Made by a program: the position numbers and the translations under genes
Notes under the pieces: generated by a model
The model's input: only the letters and a program-made list of their open reading frames with translations
Told to the model about the DNA's origin: nothing
The model's database searches: none
DNA from: an uncultured Solibacteraceae bacterium
Lineage (GTDB): Bacteria; Acidobacteriota; Terriglobia; Bryobacterales; Bryobacteraceae
Assembly: GCA_964568355.1 (NCBI GenBank)
Contig: CAZMRK010000030.1
Span: 1 to 51,638 of the forward strand
Length of the DNA: 51,638 nucleotides
Direction: 5' to 3'
Part shown: positions 28,392 to 38,271 of the stretch, one piece after another
Numbering within the stretch: the first letter of the stretch is position 1
How the letters are laid out: each line of letters begins with the position of its first letter

Positions 28392-29636
28392 TCAAGCAAA
28401 CTCTTGCATGGTGACCGCGGAGGAGGGCTTGGTCGGATGCCCGTCCCCGAACGTATTAAAGAATCGATTGAGCGCCAGTGCGACCGCTCCTCGCAGCGTG
28501 GAGTCCGCTCCATGAAGTGAGGGAAAGATCCGCAGTGCGGCTAGAAAGTACGAGGGTGTCCTGCGGCGTAGCACAGCCCAAACATCCTCTTCGATCAGAT
28601 CCCAGGCCTGCGCCAGGTAGTCGCCGACAATGATGGCTTGCGGATTCAGTGCCAGAACCAGATTGACGAACCCCATGCCGACATATCGCGCAGTGGTCTG
28701 CAGCGCTCGCCGGGCGGCGGGTTCTCCCTCGCGCGCCTTGTTGATAATGCCCTCGACTGTTTCCTCGCTGGCGCTCTTTTCTTCCGTCTCCTCGGCGTAG
28801 GTCCGGACCAGGGCCAGGTCGGAAGCATACTGCTCCCAGCACCCAATATTGCCGCAAGGACACTTTCGACCATCCGGATACAGGGAGATGTGCCCAAACT
28901 CAGCGGCGGCCGAGGTCGCGCCGTGCAGCAGTTGCCCGTTCACGACTACGCCGGTGCCTACACCTCCGCGAGCAATCACGGAAACGAAGTTGCGCAGGGG
29001 ACTGGCGCCGCGGTTGGACGACCACATCTCGGCGAGGGCGGAAAGTTTTGCGGCGTTCTCGAAATAAAACGGAACCTTCAGATTGCGGCGCAGACGCTCA
29101 CCAGCATCCACGTCAAACCAGCCGAAGTTCTCGGCGGCAACGATCTTGCCGACGCTCCGATCGATCGTTCCCGGCAGGCCGACCGCGACTCCCAGGATCT
29201 GCCCAGGCGAGAGCGGCTGCAGGAGCGTGTGGAGGGCGGCACGAACCTTTTCGAAGAAGACATCCGCGTTGGGGCTCCAGGGGACGGTCTTCCGGTCCAG
29301 GTCTTTGTCGTTCAAATCCGACACGGCGATCCGGGCGCCGGAGGGCGTGATCTCGACGCCAATGGCGATCCGGGCCTCACCGCGGAGCCGAAGGGCGGTG
29401 GGGTGGCGGCCAATCTGGGAGAGGTTGGGCAGCCGCTCCTCCCAAACGATTTTTTCCCGTTTCAGGCGTTTGACGATGAACGTGACGGAACTCGGGGAAA
29501 GGCCGGTAATCCGCACGATGTCGGCGCGCGACACGGACGGATTCTGCCGGATCACGTTGAGGATCAAACGCTCATTCGCCTGTCGGAGGGCTGATTTGCG
29601 GAGAGCGCCGCCAGTGGTGAAGGTAACTGCAGGCAT
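28392..29636 (-). CDS. ROK-family transcriptional regulator (NagC/Mlc/XylR type)
   Basis: The N-terminal wHTH is LILNVIRQNPSVSRADIVRITGLSPSSVTFIVKRL. The ROK sugar-kinase-like fold carries the zinc motif HISLYPDGRKCPCGNIGCWEQYAS. Confidence 0.9.
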   Translation of the reverse strand: MPAVTFTTGGALRKSALRQANERLILNVIRQNPSVSRADIVRITGLSPSSVTFIVKRLKREKIVWEERLPNLSQIGRHPTALRLRGEARIAIGVEITPSGARIAVSDLNDKDLDRKTVPWSPNADVFFEKVRAALHTLLQPLSPGQILGVAVGLPGTIDRSVGKIVAAENFGWFDVDAGERLRRNLKVPFYFENAAKLSALAEMWSSNRGASPLRNFVSVIARGGVGTGVVVNGQLLHGATSAAAEFGHISLYPDGRKCPCGNIGCWEQYASDLALVRTYAEETEEKSASEETVEGIINKAREGEPAARRALQTTARYVGMGFVNLVLALNPQAIIVGDYLAQAWDLIEEDVWAVLRRRTPSYFLAALRIFPSLHGADSTLRGAVALALNRFFNTFGDGHPTKPSSAVTMQEFA

Positions 29637-29886
29637 TGTGCTCTATCGTATACGGGCGTAGCCAAGGGGCGGCTACAGGAGCATTATTTCAGTAGAAAAA
29701 TTATCTGTCAAGGACGAAGACAGCCCGAAGTTCGCCCGAGATCCCGGTAGGCCGAGTCTCTACAGAATTTCGTAACAGTCATTGTGTGTTGCCATAATGC
29801 ATTTGATATCAATAGATTACATTGCTGTTAGCGAATGCTGATGACGCCCTTGGTTTCGGACGCTCGCGATTTTTTGCACGTTTTTC

Positions 29887-29915
29887 TTGACTCGGGAGAA
29901 GGCTTCTCATATATA
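29887..29915 (+). promoter_or_regulatory. near-consensus sigma-70-type promoter for the third TonB-dependent receptor gene
   Basis: TTGACT (29887..29892), a 17-nt spacer and TATATA (29910..29915) lie about 100 nt upstream of ATG 30014, within an unusually AT-rich 377-bp divergent intergenic region. Confidence 0.5.
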
Positions 29916-30013
29916 TAGACTCAGTAAATAAACTATCTCGCAGCGTTCGCCGCCACGAAAACACAACGGTCGCAGGTGGCTTCTGGATCTCGCGAACGCG
30001 AAGGAGTCAATCG

Positions 30014-33000
30014 ATGAGGCGCATGATCTGTGTACTGGCCCTGTGGCTGACGGCCGCGGCCGTGGCTCCCATTCTTTCCCGCCTGGAGGCGCAGTCGACG
30101 CAAAGCAGCATCCTGGGCAATGTCCGCGATTCGGCAGGCACTTCGGTCCCGGGTGCTCTGGTCAAACTCATCAATGAAGGCACGAACGACGAGCGGCGAC
30201 AGACCACGGATGAATCCGGCGATTACCGATTCTCGGGAATTCTGGCCGGCACCTACCGTGTGTCGATCGAAGCTTCAGGATTTCGGGGCCACATCACCAA
30301 AGGCATTACCGTGAATGTGAGCGAGATCAAACGCGTGGATGCGGCCCTGGAAGTGGGCGACGTGACCACGAGCGTCACGGTAGAAGGCGGAAGTGTCGCG
30401 CATATCGAGACCGAAGCCGCGACTCTTTCCAATGTCAAGACGGCGCGGGACTATGCGGAACTCCCGTTGAGCGTGTACGGCCGCGGTTGGTCGAACGTTA
30501 CCAACGTGGTGGCGGGCGTGCAGACTTCCAGCGGTTTCGAGGTGAATGGCGCCCGCGACACCGCGAACAATTTCACCAGCGACGGCGTCTCCGTGAATGA
30601 CATCATCAGCAGCCGGCAGACTGCCAACGGCTTTTCCGGAGATATCGAGAACTTCAAGGAACTGAAGGTCATGACCGCCAACAATTCGGCGGAATATGCC
30701 CAGGTGGCGCAGTTTTCGGCCGTCAGTAAGTCGGGCGAAAACACCATGCACGGCAGTTTCTACTGGGGCAACTACAATTCGTTCACGTCGGCAAGGTCGT
30801 GGCAGGATCCGACCAGCCCCGGATTCGAAAACTTCAATCAGTACATGGTGAACAACGGCGGGCCGGTGTACATCCCCCATCTCTATAACGGGAAGAACAA
30901 GACTTTCTATTTCTTCAGCTACAGCGGCGCTGCCTATCGGACGGCGTCGCGCACGCAGATCAGCGTTCCTCCGTTGGCTTTCCGGCAGGGCGATTTCTCC
31001 TCGCTACTGCCTTCGATCGCGATCCTCGATCCCCTTACCGGCAACCCGTTTCCCGACAACAAACTACCGGCGTCGCGAATCAGTTCGGTTTCGCGTGCCG
31101 CGCAAGACCTGATCTATCCTTCGCCAAACTTGCTTGGCCAAGGCGCGCTGGGACTGGTCAACAATTACTATGCCGATCCCGGCGGCCGATGGGACTCCGA
31201 TGTGTATTCGGCGCGAATCGATCAGAAGATCGGCACACGAAACGATCTGTTCGTGCGCGTGGGTCTTACCATCAACAATAAGGACACCTGGCCCGGTCCG
31301 CTGCTGAGCGGCTACGGCGGCTGGAAGGGTAACCATCCCGGGCGCTCCGTGGTGATTTCGGATACCCACACCTTCACGCCGTCCCTCGTGAACGAGGCGA
31401 AACTGGGGTTCAGCCGCGACTACGGTTACTGGTTCGACCCCAACTACGGCCCCGACATCGTGGGACAGATCGGACTTCTGGGGATCGCCAATCCCAGCCA
31501 CGATCCGTCTCTTTCGGGCATGCCCGATTTCGAACTCGGCGGTTCGAACGGATTTCAGGGCACCGGCACCTGGGCCAACGGCAATTCGCAGGCGCAGAAT
31601 ACCTACCAGATCACGGATAACCTCTCCTGGTTCCGCGGCCGCCACAATTTGAAGGCCGGCGTGGATATCCGCCGCTACCAGATCAACGACCAGCAGAAGC
31701 CGCAGAATATCCGCGGGCAGTTCAACTTCGATGACCAGCTCAGCGGCTTTGCCTACGCCAATTTTCTGCTGGGCTACCCTTCCACCGCGAGCCTGGCGGT
31801 TGCCCGTCCGAACGCCTACCCGCGCAGCACGCAGCAAGGTTACTACATTCAGGACGAGTTCAAGCTCAGCCAGAAGATGACCTTGACGTACGGGCTGCGG
31901 TACGAATATCAGTCCACCTGGGTGGAGAAGTTCAACCGCATGTTTAGCTTCAACCCCGCGACCGGCCAACTGATCACGGCCGGAAACAGCGTCCCCACGG
32001 ACCTGGTGCCGGCGGTGGCGGCCACTCTGCCGATCACCTCGGCGAGCCAGGCCGGATTCCCCACCCAAAGCCTGATGTACGCCGACAAGAACAACTGGAG
32101 TCCGCGAATTGGGCTGGCGCTTCGGCCGTTCGGGAATGACCGCACCGTAGTGCGGCTGGGCTATGGGCTCTTTACGTCGATGTGGCCCGGCTTGCTCGCT
32201 CTGAACGCTACGGGGGGACCCTGGCAGTCGACGCGAAGCTTCTACATTGTCGGCAACCAGCCGACCATCCAGATGCCGGATCCCTTCAAGACCACTTCAG
32301 ACTACTCCGGGCTGCAAAGCGTCTCGGCTTTAGACCCCAGGTTTCCGCATGAACGGAGCCAGCAGTGGAATGTCTCCGTAGGCAGGCAGATCTGGAAGAC
32401 GGCCATCGATGTCGCTTATGTGGGGACGAAGGCCAAAAACATCCCCTTCAGCCAGGATCTCAATCTGCTGCAGCCAAGTACCACTCCTTTCGATCCGGCC
32501 AATCTTCCTTACCAGCTCTTCAGCTCCGTCGGATATACGCAGACGGGCGCTTCGTCGATCTATCACGGATTGACCATCAAGGCGGACCGGAGAGTGAGCC
32601 GCGGGCTGACGTTCAATGTCAACTACACCTGGGCCAAGGCGCTGACGGACGCAGATCTGCGTTCCTACGCGACCGGCTTCGACCAGAACCAGTGGAACCG
32701 CCGGCTGGAGCGAGGCGATGATCCGAACATCCGCAGGCAGGTTTTGGTATTCAGCTACATTTACGAACTGCCGTTCGGGAAGGGCAGGCCGCTGCTCTCC
32801 AATGTCCCGGGTCTTCTGAATCAGATCGTGTCGGGATGGCAGCTCGCCGGCATCACCACCATGCAGACGGGGCCGCGCACGTCCGCCCTATTTACCGGCG
32901 TCGATCCAGCCAATACCAATCAATTTGGCGGACGCGCCGATCGCGTAGGCGACGGCAACCTCTCTGGATCCATGCGGGACCGCATCGAGACTCATCAGGC

Positions 33001-33295
33001 CATCTTCGACCAGTCCGCGTTTGCGGTGCCGGCAGAGGGAAGAGGATCCTACGGGAACTCCGCCCGCATGATCCTTACCGGACCGGGAACCGTGACCTGG
33101 AACGTCACTGGTGCCAAGAACTTCTACCTGTTCGGAGAGCGTGCCCGCGGACAGATTCGCTGCGAGCTGTTCAATGCATTCAACCATCCGAACTTTCAGC
33201 TTCCGAATACTGACATCACGAGCTCGGGCTTCGGACTGGTTACCGGGGCCGGTACTGGCCGCAGGGTCCAAATTACGGCGCGTTTCGATTTCTGA
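30014..33295 (+). CDS. TonB-dependent outer-membrane receptor (CarboxypepD_reg type)
   Basis: GAAGGAG lies upstream of the ATG. The signal is MRRMICVLALWLTAAAVAPILSRLEAQS. ILGNVRDSAGTSVPGALVKLINEGT...GDYRFSGILAGTYRVSIEASGFR is the CarboxypepD_reg domain. The C-terminus ...VQITARFDF ends in Phe. Confidence 0.93.
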   Translation: MRRMICVLALWLTAAAVAPILSRLEAQSTQSSILGNVRDSAGTSVPGALVKLINEGTNDERRQTTDESGDYRFSGILAGTYRVSIEASGFRGHITKGITVNVSEIKRVDAALEVGDVTTSVTVEGGSVAHIETEAATLSNVKTARDYAELPLSVYGRGWSNVTNVVAGVQTSSGFEVNGARDTANNFTSDGVSVNDIISSRQTANGFSGDIENFKELKVMTANNSAEYAQVAQFSAVSKSGENTMHGSFYWGNYNSFTSARSWQDPTSPGFENFNQYMVNNGGPVYIPHLYNGKNKTFYFFSYSGAAYRTASRTQISVPPLAFRQGDFSSLLPSIAILDPLTGNPFPDNKLPASRISSVSRAAQDLIYPSPNLLGQGALGLVNNYYADPGGRWDSDVYSARIDQKIGTRNDLFVRVGLTINNKDTWPGPLLSGYGGWKGNHPGRSVVISDTHTFTPSLVNEAKLGFSRDYGYWFDPNYGPDIVGQIGLLGIANPSHDPSLSGMPDFELGGSNGFQGTGTWANGNSQAQNTYQITDNLSWFRGRHNLKAGVDIRRYQINDQQKPQNIRGQFNFDDQLSGFAYANFLLGYPSTASLAVARPNAYPRSTQQGYYIQDEFKLSQKMTLTYGLRYEYQSTWVEKFNRMFSFNPATGQLITAGNSVPTDLVPAVAATLPITSASQAGFPTQSLMYADKNNWSPRIGLALRPFGNDRTVVRLGYGLFTSMWPGLLALNATGGPWQSTRSFYIVGNQPTIQMPDPFKTTSDYSGLQSVSALDPRFPHERSQQWNVSVGRQIWKTAIDVAYVGTKAKNIPFSQDLNLLQPSTTPFDPANLPYQLFSSVGYTQTGASSIYHGLTIKADRRVSRGLTFNVNYTWAKALTDADLRSYATGFDQNQWNRRLERGDDPNIRRQVLVFSYIYELPFGKGRPLLSNVPGLLNQIVSGWQLAGITTMQTGPRTSALFTGVDPANTNQFGGRADRVGDGNLSGSMRDRIETHQAIFDQSAFAVPAEGRGSYGNSARMILTGPGTVTWNVTGAKNFYLFGERARGQIRCELFNAFNHPNFQLPNTDITSSGFGLVTGAGTGRRVQITARFDF

Positions 33296-33383
33296 GTCCG
33301 CCGTTTCGGGCCTGTTTCAGAATCCGCGACTTCTGGATCGCCGCCCGGCAGGTCCGTGACTCGGTCGTAGTACGACCAGGCGG

Positions 33384-34412
33384 TCAGGGAGGAGTCCGGT
33401 TCGACAACGTGATGCACTTGCCATTTTGGGCCGCGGATGTGTGCGCTGCCTCGATCACTTCCACGCACCGCAGGCCCTCTCGCCACGTCAGGCATGGTTC
33501 CACGCCGGCGGTCACCCATCGGACAAAGTCTCCCAGTTCCTTGCGGTATGCGTGGTCGAACCCCAGATCGTCAAAGCGCTCATGCCTGCTCCCGGTATCC
33601 GAGAACTTCTGCCAGTACAGATCAATGTGCGTCATCTGGGGAAGGAAACGAACGCCGCCTTGCTGGTATACGATCAGCGGCCCATTGGATTCGCGGAATC
33701 GCAGGAGGGGATAGCTCAGCGAAACGGTCAACACAGCGACGGCCCCTGAATGGAACTGCAGCGATACGTGCAGATTGTCCGGGAAATCGTAACGGCGGTC
33801 GATCTGCGGACCAGCCATAGCAGATACCGTGGCCACGTCGCCGCACATGGCCCGCATCCAGTCGATGGTGTGCACCCCTGCAATATCGAGCGTGCCACCG
33901 CACTCGGCGGCGCGCGTCCACCACCCGCGGAAATCGTAGGGACGGGCGTCGTGATAGAGGCAAACATTCATGGTGTGAACGGGTCCGAGTTCGGAGCGGA
34001 GCTCGATCATGCGGGCCCATGGCGGACGAAGGCGGCGTTTGTGGCCCACCATGAGCCTGACCCCCGCCGCGTCACAGGCCTGCGCCATATCCCGGCAATC
34101 TGACACCGTGGTCGCCATTGGCTTTTCGCAGTACACGTGCTTTCCGCGCTGTGCGGCCGATACGGTGACGCCGCGGTGCGTGTGGTTTGGCCCAAGAACG
34201 GCGACGGCGTCGACTGCCATCTCGTCCAGCATAGGCTCGAACTCCCGGTAGACGGGTATATCGAGGCCGGTATGTTCGCGGAACAGCGCCAGCGACTCCG
34301 CGCTGGGATCGCAAACCGAAACGATTTCGCCAACTTCGCAAATGTAACGGGCAAAAACGCGGCTAAACGCGCCTGCTCCGGATAGTGCAAATCGCAGTCG
34401 TGAATCGGGCAT
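33384..34412 (-). CDS. Gfo/Idh/MocA-family NAD(P)-dependent sugar dehydrogenase
   Basis: The N-terminus has a Rossmann fold and VYCEKPMATT is the EKP motif. The gene starts 2 nt after the upstream gene's stop. Confidence 0.85.
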   Translation of the reverse strand: MPDSRLRFALSGAGAFSRVFARYICEVGEIVSVCDPSAESLALFREHTGLDIPVYREFEPMLDEMAVDAVAVLGPNHTHRGVTVSAAQRGKHVYCEKPMATTVSDCRDMAQACDAAGVRLMVGHKRRLRPPWARMIELRSELGPVHTMNVCLYHDARPYDFRGWWTRAAECGGTLDIAGVHTIDWMRAMCGDVATVSAMAGPQIDRRYDFPDNLHVSLQFHSGAVAVLTVSLSYPLLRFRESNGPLIVYQQGGVRFLPQMTHIDLYWQKFSDTGSRHERFDDLGFDHAYRKELGDFVRWVTAGVEPCLTWREGLRCVEVIEAAHTSAAQNGKCITLSNRTPP

Positions 34413-34414
34413 AG

Positions 34415-35233
34415 CTAGAGGTTTGGGAAGTGCAAGGGTAGCCCCCGCACTCCGACGTTATCGAACCGGTGAACCACGAGATTGTCCAGAGAGGCGGCAA
34501 GCAGTATGTCACGCCCCGAGCCGGCGAAGGCAACGTCGGTCGGGCCCCTCAGCGCCTCGCCCCTCCAGTCCTCGGCAAACAGTTCCAATCGTTTCGAGCG
34601 GAGGTCAAAGACATAAATGGCATCGGGACGGTGGCAGGCGATCCACAGGCGCCCCTCTTCATCAAAAGCAATTCCATCCGGAATATGTCGCGGCATATGG
34701 AGCACGCGCTCGAAGGTCCCGGCCGAACCATCCTGCAGGACGGGGATCCGCCCGATCCCGCTTCCGAAGGTTTCGACGAAATACAGATGGCGCTCTCCGG
34801 CATCCAGCGCGATGGCGTTCGGTGTATCGACCGCGTCGGCATACCAGAGTTCGGCCGCTCCTCCGCCCGGGGGAATACGGTAGATTCGGCCATTGATCTC
34901 TCCCGACCAGTCGCCGCTATCGGACAGGTACAGAAAACCCCGGCTGTCGAACGCCGGATAGTTCGGGCAGAGGAAACGCTCTCCCCGTGGGCTCCATGCA
35001 TAGCGCGATTCGGCTCCCGAGGGAGAGATGCGAACAACATACCCGTCCGAGCAGTCTGCGCAGTAGAGATTTCCCGCGGCGTCGGCCGCTTGCCCAAGCA
35101 TCCGCCGCGGGGCGGTCGAGGCATACTGATGGGCCTTGTTCGTCTCCAGGTCGAGACGATACACCTGACCGCCGGTGCCGGTGGTGTAAGCTTCTCCACG
35201 GGCTCCTACGGCGATCGATTCAGGGTGGTCCAC
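34415..35233 (-). CDS. SMP-30/gluconolactonase/LRE-family lactonase (six-bladed propeller)
   Basis: Repeated blade motifs are present (PESIAVG..., FLYLSDSG, LYFVETFGSGIGR, PDGIAFDEEGRLWIA). The track start is GTG 35233. An in-frame CTG at 35272 is preceded by AGGAGA with a 6-nt spacer and would add 13 aa. Confidence 0.82.
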   Translation of the reverse strand: MDHPESIAVGARGEAYTTGTGGQVYRLDLETNKAHQYASTAPRRMLGQAADAAGNLYCADCSDGYVVRISPSGAESRYAWSPRGERFLCPNYPAFDSRGFLYLSDSGDWSGEINGRIYRIPPGGGAAELWYADAVDTPNAIALDAGERHLYFVETFGSGIGRIPVLQDGSAGTFERVLHMPRHIPDGIAFDEEGRLWIACHRPDAIYVFDLRSKRLELFAEDWRGEALRGPTDVAFAGSGRDILLAASLDNLVVHRFDNVGVRGLPLHFPNL

Positions 35234-35287
35234 ACCCCGAATGTGAAGAATGCGATGCAGATCGTATGGCAGCGGGTCTCTCCTATC

Positions 35288-36439
35288 CTAGATTGGTGGC
35301 GTTCCACCCCAGGGATCGCGCGGAGAGGGGGCCGGCAATTCGAGCGGAGGATGGCCCTGGACGTATTCCCAGTCGATTTCCACTCCGAGGCCCGGACGTT
35401 CATTCCAATATGCGCATCCCGCGCGAATTTCGGTTGCCGCCGGAGCTGCTCCCGCCGACCAGGGCGTATGGCGGCAATGCTCCAGCATCAGGAAGTTCGG
35501 CATCACCGCGCATGCCTGCGTGCAGGCGGCGAAGGCCACCGGACCGTAAGGATTGTGGGGAGCGACGCGGACATTATGAACCTCGGCGTAGGCCGCAATC
35601 CGCAGTAACTCGCCGATACCGCCGCAATGGCACACATCCGGTTGAATGATATCTACGGCGCCGCGCTCCAGCCATTCGCGAAAGGCCCAACGCGTCGCCA
35701 AACGCTCTCCCGCGGCGATCGGCACTGACGGAACAGCCTGTCGCAGCGCTACCAGGTCACCCGGCGAGTCGGCGTTCACTACCTCTTCCGCAAACGTCAG
35801 TCGCACTGCTTCCATCTCGCGAAGGAGGCGAACAGCCTCTTTCAAGGAAAAGATTCCGCCGCAGTCGATCATCAGCGAAACATCTTCTCCCACCGCGGAG
35901 CGCAACTGCCGGCCGGTGTCGATGAGCGATTGAGCCAGTCGGCGCTCCTCGAAATTGCCCTTCCAGAACGGGCCGAACTTGAAAGCAGTGTAGCCCTGCC
36001 GTTGCGCTTCCTGAAGTTCGTCGAGAGGGGAGGGAAGGCCCAGATCGCCGCGGGCGTACAGGGGAATACGCTCTCGAACCGCGCCGCCGAGCAGGCGATG
36101 GACAGGTTGGCCGTAGGCCTTGCCGGTGATATCCCAAAGTGCCTGTTCAATGCCGCTGGACGCGCTGGCTGCCACTACGCCGTTACGCCACCAGAAGCAG
36201 CGCTGCAAGGTGGCCCAGATATCCTGGATCCGCGTCGGATCCCGCCCGATCAGCAGAGGGGCGAAGTGCCGCTCCACCATCGCCGCCACAGCCAGTTCGT
36301 GAAACTCCGTTGTGGCTTCGCCAACTCCGGTCAAGCCCTCGTCGGTGTCCACCCGCACGAACAGCCAGTTCCGCGCCGGCGAACGGCCTCCCGCGCCAGG
36401 CACCCCCATGATGTGAGCGGAGATCGAAGCGATTCGCAT
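35288..36439 (-). CDS. enolase-superfamily sugar-acid dehydratase (mandelate racemase/galactonate dehydratase-like)
   Basis: MRIASISAHIMGVPG...NWLFVRVDTDEGLTGVGEAT is the typical capping-domain start of galactonate-dehydratase-like members. The barrel region shows IDCGG... and IIQPDVCHCGGI. Confidence 0.88.
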   Translation of the reverse strand: MRIASISAHIMGVPGAGGRSPARNWLFVRVDTDEGLTGVGEATTEFHELAVAAMVERHFAPLLIGRDPTRIQDIWATLQRCFWWRNGVVAASASSGIEQALWDITGKAYGQPVHRLLGGAVRERIPLYARGDLGLPSPLDELQEAQRQGYTAFKFGPFWKGNFEERRLAQSLIDTGRQLRSAVGEDVSLMIDCGGIFSLKEAVRLLREMEAVRLTFAEEVVNADSPGDLVALRQAVPSVPIAAGERLATRWAFREWLERGAVDIIQPDVCHCGGIGELLRIAAYAEVHNVRVAPHNPYGPVAFAACTQACAVMPNFLMLEHCRHTPWSAGAAPAATEIRAGCAYWNERPGLGVEIDWEYVQGHPPLELPAPSPRDPWGGTPPI

Positions 36440-36452
36440 AAAGCCGCCTGTC

Positions 36453-37427
36453 CTATCTGTTTCTCCCCACGGGCGGCTCCGGGGTGGATCCGCAGACCGC
36501 CGGCTGCAGCTCAGCGGCCGCCGCGACGAGGCGCCGATTCAGTTCGTCGACATATGCCACCGTTGCCGCATCGGGCACATATGCCGCCGTCCGGCAACAG
36601 GTATTGCTCAGAAGGCCGCGTGCCTGCAGAAGGCGTTTCTCGCAGTAGAGATACAGTTCCATATTCTGCAGAGAAAAAACGATGTGAGGAAGCAGTTTTC
36701 CAAACAGATCGAACGCGGCGTCGCTCTCGCCCGCCAGACGCCGGAAGAACACCTGATTGAGCAGGTCGGCCATCCCCAGGCCCGGCATCACACCGCAAAT
36801 GCCCAAGGGGATCAACTCCATCATGAACAAGCCGCCCCATCCCTCCAGTATCCGAACAGCATCCGAGGTGGCGCTGCGCATAGCCTGGACTTTCCCGGCC
36901 AGTAGAGGTTCTTCAAGCTTGAGATATCGAAAGTTGGAGCATTCCGCGTGAACGCGCGCAATGAGGTCGACACTGGCGGTGGGGCCGCCGGGATTGAAGT
37001 CCTGCACCAGGCATGGCACGTCGACGGCGTGCAGCACAGTGGAAAGGAAGCGCAGCAGTTCGTCATCGGGCAGCGCAAACTGACGTGGAATCGCAACGGA
37101 GACCACGTCTGCTCCGAGCGAGGCGTTCCGGCGGGCAATCGAGGCCGCAATTTTGGCCGAGCCGTGGTTGCTCTGAGCTACCACCAGAGTTCTCCCTCCA
37201 GCCTGTTCCACTGCGATTTCGACAACGCGATAGCGCTCGGCCTCCGATAATTTATAGAATTCGCTTCCATAGGCGGGAAGGCAGATGGCGCTGACTCCGC
37301 ACTCCACTGCAAAGTCTACCAGCCTGCGCAGGGCAGACTCGTCGATTTCCTCGTCATCGGTGAAAGGAATGGGAAGTACGGGAACGACGCCTTGCAGCGC
37401 TCGCTCTTTATCCGGGTATGAGATCAT
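36453..37427 (-). CDS. DapA/DHDPS-family class I aldolase (probable 2-keto-3-deoxy-sugar-acid aldolase)
   Basis: GVVPVLPIPFTDDEEIDESALRRLVDFAVECGVSAICLPAYGSEFYKLSEAERYRVV has the canonical DHDPS-family N-terminal layout. It is the first gene of the four-gene minus-strand operon. Confidence 0.85.
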   Translation of the reverse strand: MISYPDKERALQGVVPVLPIPFTDDEEIDESALRRLVDFAVECGVSAICLPAYGSEFYKLSEAERYRVVEIAVEQAGGRTLVVAQSNHGSAKIAASIARRNASLGADVVSVAIPRQFALPDDELLRFLSTVLHAVDVPCLVQDFNPGGPTASVDLIARVHAECSNFRYLKLEEPLLAGKVQAMRSATSDAVRILEGWGGLFMMELIPLGICGVMPGLGMADLLNQVFFRRLAGESDAAFDLFGKLLPHIVFSLQNMELYLYCEKRLLQARGLLSNTCCRTAAYVPDAATVAYVDELNRRLVAAAAELQPAVCGSTPEPPVGRNR

Positions 37428-37516
37428 GTTCGTCCTATCGTTGAATGGGAATGTCAGGCTAGTCTCCAGCGGACAAGCTCACAAGTCGTACGATCCGGCG
37501 GCTGGTTCATGAATGA

Positions 37517-38242
37517 GGTCACGGCATAGGAGGTATAAAGGGCATCTCCGTGCTCCAGCGTCACCGGCCAGCCCACATAGATGTCTGCGGAGAGAGCCAG
37601 TTGCATCGGATGGGCGAAGGCGGCATGCTCACGGTAAAGCAGGCGGAAGATGCCCAGAAAGTCGAGGGGCTTCGCCACAATGGTGTTCGCGGCTTCCCCG
37701 GCCATCGCGAACGCTATTGGGTTCCGGCAATGAGCAACGTGGACCTGGATCTCGAAGCGGTCTGGCCGACGAAGTTCTGCCTCACTGAGGCGCAGTGCGC
37801 TCTCGGCAGCATGCTGCTAAAGCGCCTGGATGCCGTCAACAATCAACTGCGCGCACAATATGAATACCTGGAGGCAAAGCTCCGGTCCTGTGAGTATCTC
37901 GATTTCCGCGTTGCCGCGCCATCCCGGCATCACGTGGCGCACGCCTTTGTGGTGGCTTTCGGCGGCGAGCCTCTTTCCGCAACCCGGGATGACTTGCTGG
38001 ACATTCTGACCGCCGAACAGGGCGTCAAAGCGATCGTCCAATACTATCCGCTATATCGCTATCCGCTGTTCCAGAAGATGGGCTTTGGACAGGCGGACTG
38101 TCCCAACCTGGAGCGTTACTGGCCTGCCAGCTACTCCTATCCCTGGTGGTGCGGCATGCCGCGGGAGACGTTGGACTACATGGCAGATGCAACCCTCGCT
38201 GCTGTCGCCAGGCTGCGAAAAGCAGCCACGGCACGCGCCTGA
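37517..38242 (+). pseudogene. 5'-truncated DegT/DnrJ/EryC1/StrS-family aminotransferase (C-terminal ~240 codons only)
   Basis: Homology starts at the GEGG block (..HRMGEGGMLTVKQAEDAQKVEGLRHNG.., then KFCLTEAQCALGSMLLKRLDAVNNQLRAQYEYL). The frame is closed by TGA at 37514..37516. Only 86 nt separate it from the divergent aldolase start, so the N-terminal half of the fold is absent. Confidence 0.75.
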
Positions 38243-38271
38243 TCTTCATTTCAAAGCCTGGGAGATCTGCC

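Noticed and set aside
38146-38271. N-terminal extension of the symporter/AKR ORF back to 38146
   Set aside because: It overlaps the 3' end of the DegT remnant and encodes Arg/Cys-rich non-membrane sequence. GTG 38272 has a GGAG Shine-Dalgarno sequence and begins the genuine SSS signature.
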